64,000 nucleotides of DNA from Mobula hypostoma (lineage: Eukaryota). The stretch is from positions 106,518,001-106,582,000 of the forward strand of contig NC_086108.1 of assembly GCF_963921235.1 (NCBI RefSeq), given 5' to 3'. The notes below the pieces were generated by a model, which worked only from the letters and a program-made list of their open reading frames with translations, was not told where the DNA came from and made no database searches. Shown here piece by piece: positions 59,228-64,000 of this stretch (position 1 is the first letter of the stretch; every line of letters starts with the position of its first letter). Made by a program: the position numbers and the translations under genes.

Positions 59228-60426
59228 CAATGTTCCCTCTAATTTTTAGTAGTCAGTGTGCGCAAAAATCTTATGTTGTGCAATTTTTTTCCTGTGACAA
59301 AAGTATGTGCTCACTGAATGCACACATGGCACAGTTTATGTAGGTTTAAAAAATATTTGACATAAAACTGCACAGAATAACAACAAAATAGCATACATAC
59401 TTAAGTTACTCAGTTATTTTTTCTCGCTCCTGTCTTTGGCATTTACCCATTCTTTGTAAACTCTATCTAGACTAATAGAAATTCTACTCAATTGATAGCT
59501 TTTGATTCTCATTAACATATCCAAATGACATTCACCTAAACGATTTCTCATCTTGTTTTTGAGCTGTCTGAGGGTTGAATATAGTTTTCCATATGTTCAT
59601 TAATGTGTTGAACTGAATGTAAAGCTTCTTCATTTAACAGCTAACAACACACTGTCGATAAGAACTTTGACCTCCTCTGCGGTTGATCATTTTCGCCCTT
59701 GCTCATCTGCACTCAACCGTAATATGCATAGCACTCCTGTAACGGGTAATGACGGGTTCCATTGCCTGAGCTTTTGTACACAGTCCAAATGCGATTTACT
59801 GGCCAAATGACGCTTCAAAAAGTCAAGTTTCCAAATATCATCCCATTTCTTTCCACTAGCAAATTCTCCAGCAACTTTCGCATCACAATACAAACAAGTA
59901 ACTCCAGTTTCCAAATCATACATAAGTATTTCTCGTAACTGAACATTCATGACCTCACGAGCTTTTGGTGTAACAGTTTCTACTATTTTGTTAAGCCATT
60001 TAACTTTAAACAAATTTGCAGTTCTTTTGCATTTCACTCCCTTCACTTCCTTTAAATTCGACATAGTGAATTAATATTTTTTTCAATAAAACTTAGTAAG
60101 CTACCTACAGGATTTGAAACAGATCTTTGTAAACTTTTCGATATGAATACTGTCTGCCAAAGATGGCTGCCACCGTGATGCAGCTGTACAAACCAGAACA
60201 GGAAAGGTGAGGTGACGTAAATTAGTGACATGCATTGTGGTATTTGAAAAATGGACTAACTAGTTAACAGAAGCATTTAGCTAAAAGATTATTTTCAATA
60301 AGTATAATTGTTATTTACTATATTATTTTAGGTAACTAACCTTTTGTGCACACATTAGCTTCCTTTGTGCACTGCTAGAAAAACGTGTGTGCACGCTCAC
60401 ATACGCACAGCTTAGAGGGAACATAG
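59228..60426 (-). mobile_element. hAT DNA transposon (Tip100/ZNF862-like), internally deleted
   Basis: 15-bp TIRs CAATGTTCCCTCTAA / TTAGAGGGAACATAG (1 mismatch); perfect 8-bp TSD GATGCAGC at 59220-59227 and 60427-60434. Confidence 0.93.
59687..60064 (-). pseudogene. hAT transposase N-terminus (zinc-finger-like); C-terminal piece at ~59440-59560
   Basis: FKVKWL...CLYC...LKRHLASKSH; downstream KNKMRNRLGECHLDMLMRI resembles the end of the hAT dimerization domain. Confidence 0.78.
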
Positions 60427-60434
60427 GATGCAGC

Positions 60435-63400
60435 ACAAGGTTTAAAAAGAGATCCAGTGCTTATGGTTCTTTTCAGTGGGCTACAATGACTGTGTGAGGT
60501 TGTTTGCTAGTGAGGCAGTGAGAGGTTTAAAAAGAGCTCCGATGTTTTTGTCTTTTTTTACCAGCAGGCTGCAATCAGCACAGGGCCAATGTGAAGAAGT
60601 GAGGTCTAAACAGAGTGGCCATTGTTGGAGTGGGCCAGTGCTAGGCTGGTTAGGCTTTGGCTCAGCAGGCTTGGGCAACCATAGGCAGAGGTTCTAAGTA
60701 AGTAAGTTGCAAGTAATTTACTTTCTGTTAGTACATAGCTAGTGCGCTGAGAAAGGGTTCAATCATAGTGGTATGTGCCTTGTGCGAGACGAGGGAACTC
60801 TGAGAGACCTCTAGTCTCCCTGATAACAATATCTTCATGCAGTGCATCAAACTGCAGCTTGTTTGAGACCATATTAAGTAACTGGAGCTGCAGCTCAATG
60901 GCCTTGGGTTCAAATGGGAGAATGAGGAGGTGATAGACAGGACCTACAGGGTGGTAGTCACCCCTAGGTTGCAGGAGCCCAGTCCCTGAGTGACTGTCAG
61001 GAGACAGAAAGGAACCAGGCAGTCAGTGCGGAGTACCCCAGAAGCTGTTCCTCTCAGTTATAAGTATATCGCTTTGGATACTCTTGTGGGGTACGACCTG
61101 CCAGGGGGAAGCCACAGCAACCAGGTCTCTGGCACTGAGTCTGGCTCTGTGGCTCAGAAGGGAAGTGGGGAGGAGCGGATTGCAGTAGTGACAGGGGATT
61201 TATAGTTAGAGGGTCAGAAAGCAGATTCTGTTGATGTGAAAGAGGCATCTGGATGGTATGTTGTCTCCCAAGTGCCAGGGTCAGGGATGTCTTGGATCAG
61301 GTCCGCGGTATTCTATAGGAGGAGTGCGAACAGTTGGAAGACATGGTATATTGTTGTACCAATGACATAAGTAGGGAAGGGGAACAGGTCCTGAAAAAAT
61401 GTTAGGCAGATAGCCAATAAGCAGGACCTCCAGAGTAGTAATCTCCATATTGCTGCCTGTGCCACGTGTCTGTGAGGGTAAGAATAGCATAATTTGGCAG
61501 ATGAATGCCAAAAAGGATGGGTTACTCCTGAACCCAAGAGAGATCAATATCCTTGTGGGCATGTTTGCTAGAGTTGTTGGGGAGGGTTTAAACTGATATG
61601 GCAAGGGAATTCTGGAATCTTTTGAGGATGTAACTATGAAAATGGACAAGAGAGAGCCAGTGGATGTAGTGTACCTGGACTTTCAGAAAGCCTTTGGTAA
61701 AGTCCCACATAGGAGATTAGTGGGAAAAATTAGGGCACATGGTATTGGGGGCAGAGTACTGACATGGATTGAAAATTGGCTGGCTGACAGAAAACAAAGA
61801 GTAGTGATTAACAGGTCCCTTTCGGAATGGCAGGCAGTGACCAGTGGGGTACCACAGAGTTCAGTGCTGGGACCGCAGCTGTTTACAATATATATATATA
61901 AATGATTTAGATGAGGGAATTAAAAGTAACATTAGTAAATTTGCAGATGACACAAAGCTGGGTGGCAGTGTGAAATATGAGGAGGATGTTATGAGAATGC
62001 AGGGTGACTTGAACAGGCTGGGTGAGTGGGCAGATCCATGGCAGATGCGGTTTAATGTGGATAAATGTGAGGTTATCCACTTTGGTGGTAAGAACGGGAA
62101 GGCAGATTATTATCTAAATGGAGTCAAGTTAGGAAAAGGGGAAGCACAACGAGATCTAGGTGTTCTTGTACATCAGTCACTGAAAGCAAGCATGCAAGTA
62201 CAGCAGGCAGTGAAGAAAGCTAATGGCATGCTGGCCTTCATAACAAGGGGAATTGAGTGTAAGAGCAAAGAGGTCCTTCTGCAGCTGTACAAGGCCCTAG
62301 TGAGACCACACCTGGAGTACTGTGTACAGTTTTGGTCTCCAAATTTGAGGAAGGACATTCTTGCTATTGAGGGAGTGCAGCGTAGGTTCACGAGGTTAAT
62401 TCCCGGGATGGCGGGACTGTCATATGTCAAAAGATTGGAGCGACTGGGCTTGTATACTCTGGAATTTAGAAGGCTGAGAGGGATCTTATTGAAACATATA
62501 AGATTATTAAGGGATTGGACACGCTGGAGGCAGGAAGCATGTTCCTACTGATGGGTGAGTCCAGAACCAGAGGCCACAGTTTAAGAAGAAGGGGTAGGCC
62601 ATTTAGAATGGAATTGAGGAAAAACTTTTTCACCCAGAGAGTGGTGGATATATGGAATGCTCTGCCTCAGAAGGCTGTGGAGGCCAAGTCTCTGGATGCT
62701 TTCAAGAAAGAGATGGATAGAGCTCTTAAAAGATAGTGGAATCAAAAGCTATGGGGATAAGGCAGGAACTGGATACTGATTGTGGATGATCAGCCATGAT
62801 CACAGTGAATGGCGGTGCTGGCTCGAAGGGCCGAATGGCCTACTCCTGCACCTATTGTCTATTGTCTATTGAATGGGAACTGGAGTTATAGGGCTGAGGA
62901 TGGGGCAGTTGGTATACAAGTAGAGACAATGTGTGGTAAGTCTGAGAATGGACAGGCAGATGATAAAGCAATACTGCGGTCAGTGGGTTGAGTTAAAGTG
63001 TAACAGGGAGCCAACATCAAAAAGGGTGATGAATACAGGACTGAGGGTGTTATATTTGAATGCTCACAGTATATGGAATAAGGTAGATATCTTGTAGCAC
63101 AGTTAGAGATTGGCAGATATGATGTTGTGGGCATCACTGAGTAGGGGCCGAATGAAAATCATAGTTGGGAGCTTAACATCCAAGGATACACATTGAAACA
63201 ATAGGCACACAGGCAGAGGGAGTTGGATGGCTCTGTTGGTAAAAAGTGAAATAAAATAGATAGAAAGAGGTGACATAGGATTGGAAGATATAGGATCATT
63301 ATGGGTAGAGTTAAGAAACTACAAGGGTAAGAAGACCTTGATGGGAGTTATACACAGACCTCTGAACAGTAGGCAAGATGTGGCTACAAATTACAAGGGA

Positions 63401-64000
63401 AAATAGAAAAGGCAAAGCCACAATAATCATTGGGGTTTCAAAATGCAGGAAGATTGGAAATTCAGGTTTGTAGTATGTATGTATTGTAGAAGAAAGGAAT
63501 TTACAGGCCAGTTGGCCTGAGTTCTGTAGTAAGAAAGATTTTGGAGTTTACTATTAAGGATGATGTTTCAGGATATTTGGAAGCACATTATAAACTAGGC
63601 CAAAGCCAGCATATTTTTCTTTTGTGGAAATTTTGCCTAACAAATCTGTTGGAATTTTATGAGGAAATAACAGGCAGGTTAGACAAAGGAGAGTCAGTGG
63701 ATGTTGTTTATTTGGATTTTCAGAAGGCCTTTGACAAGGTGCCACACATGAGGCTGCTTAACAAGATAAGAAAGAGCCCATACTATTACAGGAAAGGTAT
63801 TAGCATAGATAGAACACTGGCTGATTAGGAAGGGAATGAGTGGGAGTAAAGGGGGGCTTCCCTGGTTGGCTGCCAGTGATTAGTGGGGTTTCGCAGTGCT
63901 CAGGGCTGGGACTGCCTCTTTCATGCTATATAACAATGACATGGATGACAAAATTAATAGCTTTATTGCCAAGCTTGTGGACAATATGAAGATAGGTGGA
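60435..64000 (+). mobile_element. Old CR1 (5' UTR, ORF1, APE, RT) split by a younger CR1
   Basis: ORF1 remnants at 60760-61590; ...GGCAAGGGAAT at 61610 resumes as GAATGGGAACTGG at 62871; RT at 63541..63828. Confidence 0.82.
61611..62870 (+). mobile_element. CR1 RT + 3' UTR, 5'-truncated
   Basis: ORFs 61636..61905, 61844..62551, 62515..62736; (CTATTGT)n tail. Confidence 0.93.

Noticed and set aside
59687..60064. Host zinc-finger gene exon (ZNF862/C17orf113-like)
   Set aside because: Enclosed by TIRs and a perfect 8-bp TSD, so it is a transposon remnant.

Overview
Eukaryotic (vertebrate) non-genic DNA. The repeat content points to a cartilaginous fish, probably a ray or shark (inference from CR1 LINEs paired with HE1/V-type SINEs and the very abundant Penelope-derived repeat). 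I found no convincing host-gene exon. Most of the window is layered transposable elements: many CR1 LINE fragments plus one full-length nested CR1 (esterase ORF1, APE-RT ORF2), Rex1/Babar-type and RTE LINE pieces, and a complete but decayed Mag-like Gypsy element with LTRs, PBS, PPT and TSD. It also holds a solo LTR, a second Gypsy gag-pro fragment, hAT and Tc1 DNA transposon derivatives, tRNA/V-type SINEs and four copies of a ~650-bp non-tRNA SINE-like element. The most notable signals are: (i) Penelope-derived repeats with minimal hammerhead ribozyme motifs, including short non-coding fold-back units inserted with 13-14-bp TSDs; (ii) an apparent Rex1/RTE chimeric LINE joined near the equivalent RT motif; (iii) the YY1-headed, (TAATC)n-tailed element family; and (iv) an unexplained hairpin/repeat structure at ~46.9 kb. 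Family names come from motif recognition, not database searches, and the boundaries of old fragments are approximate.
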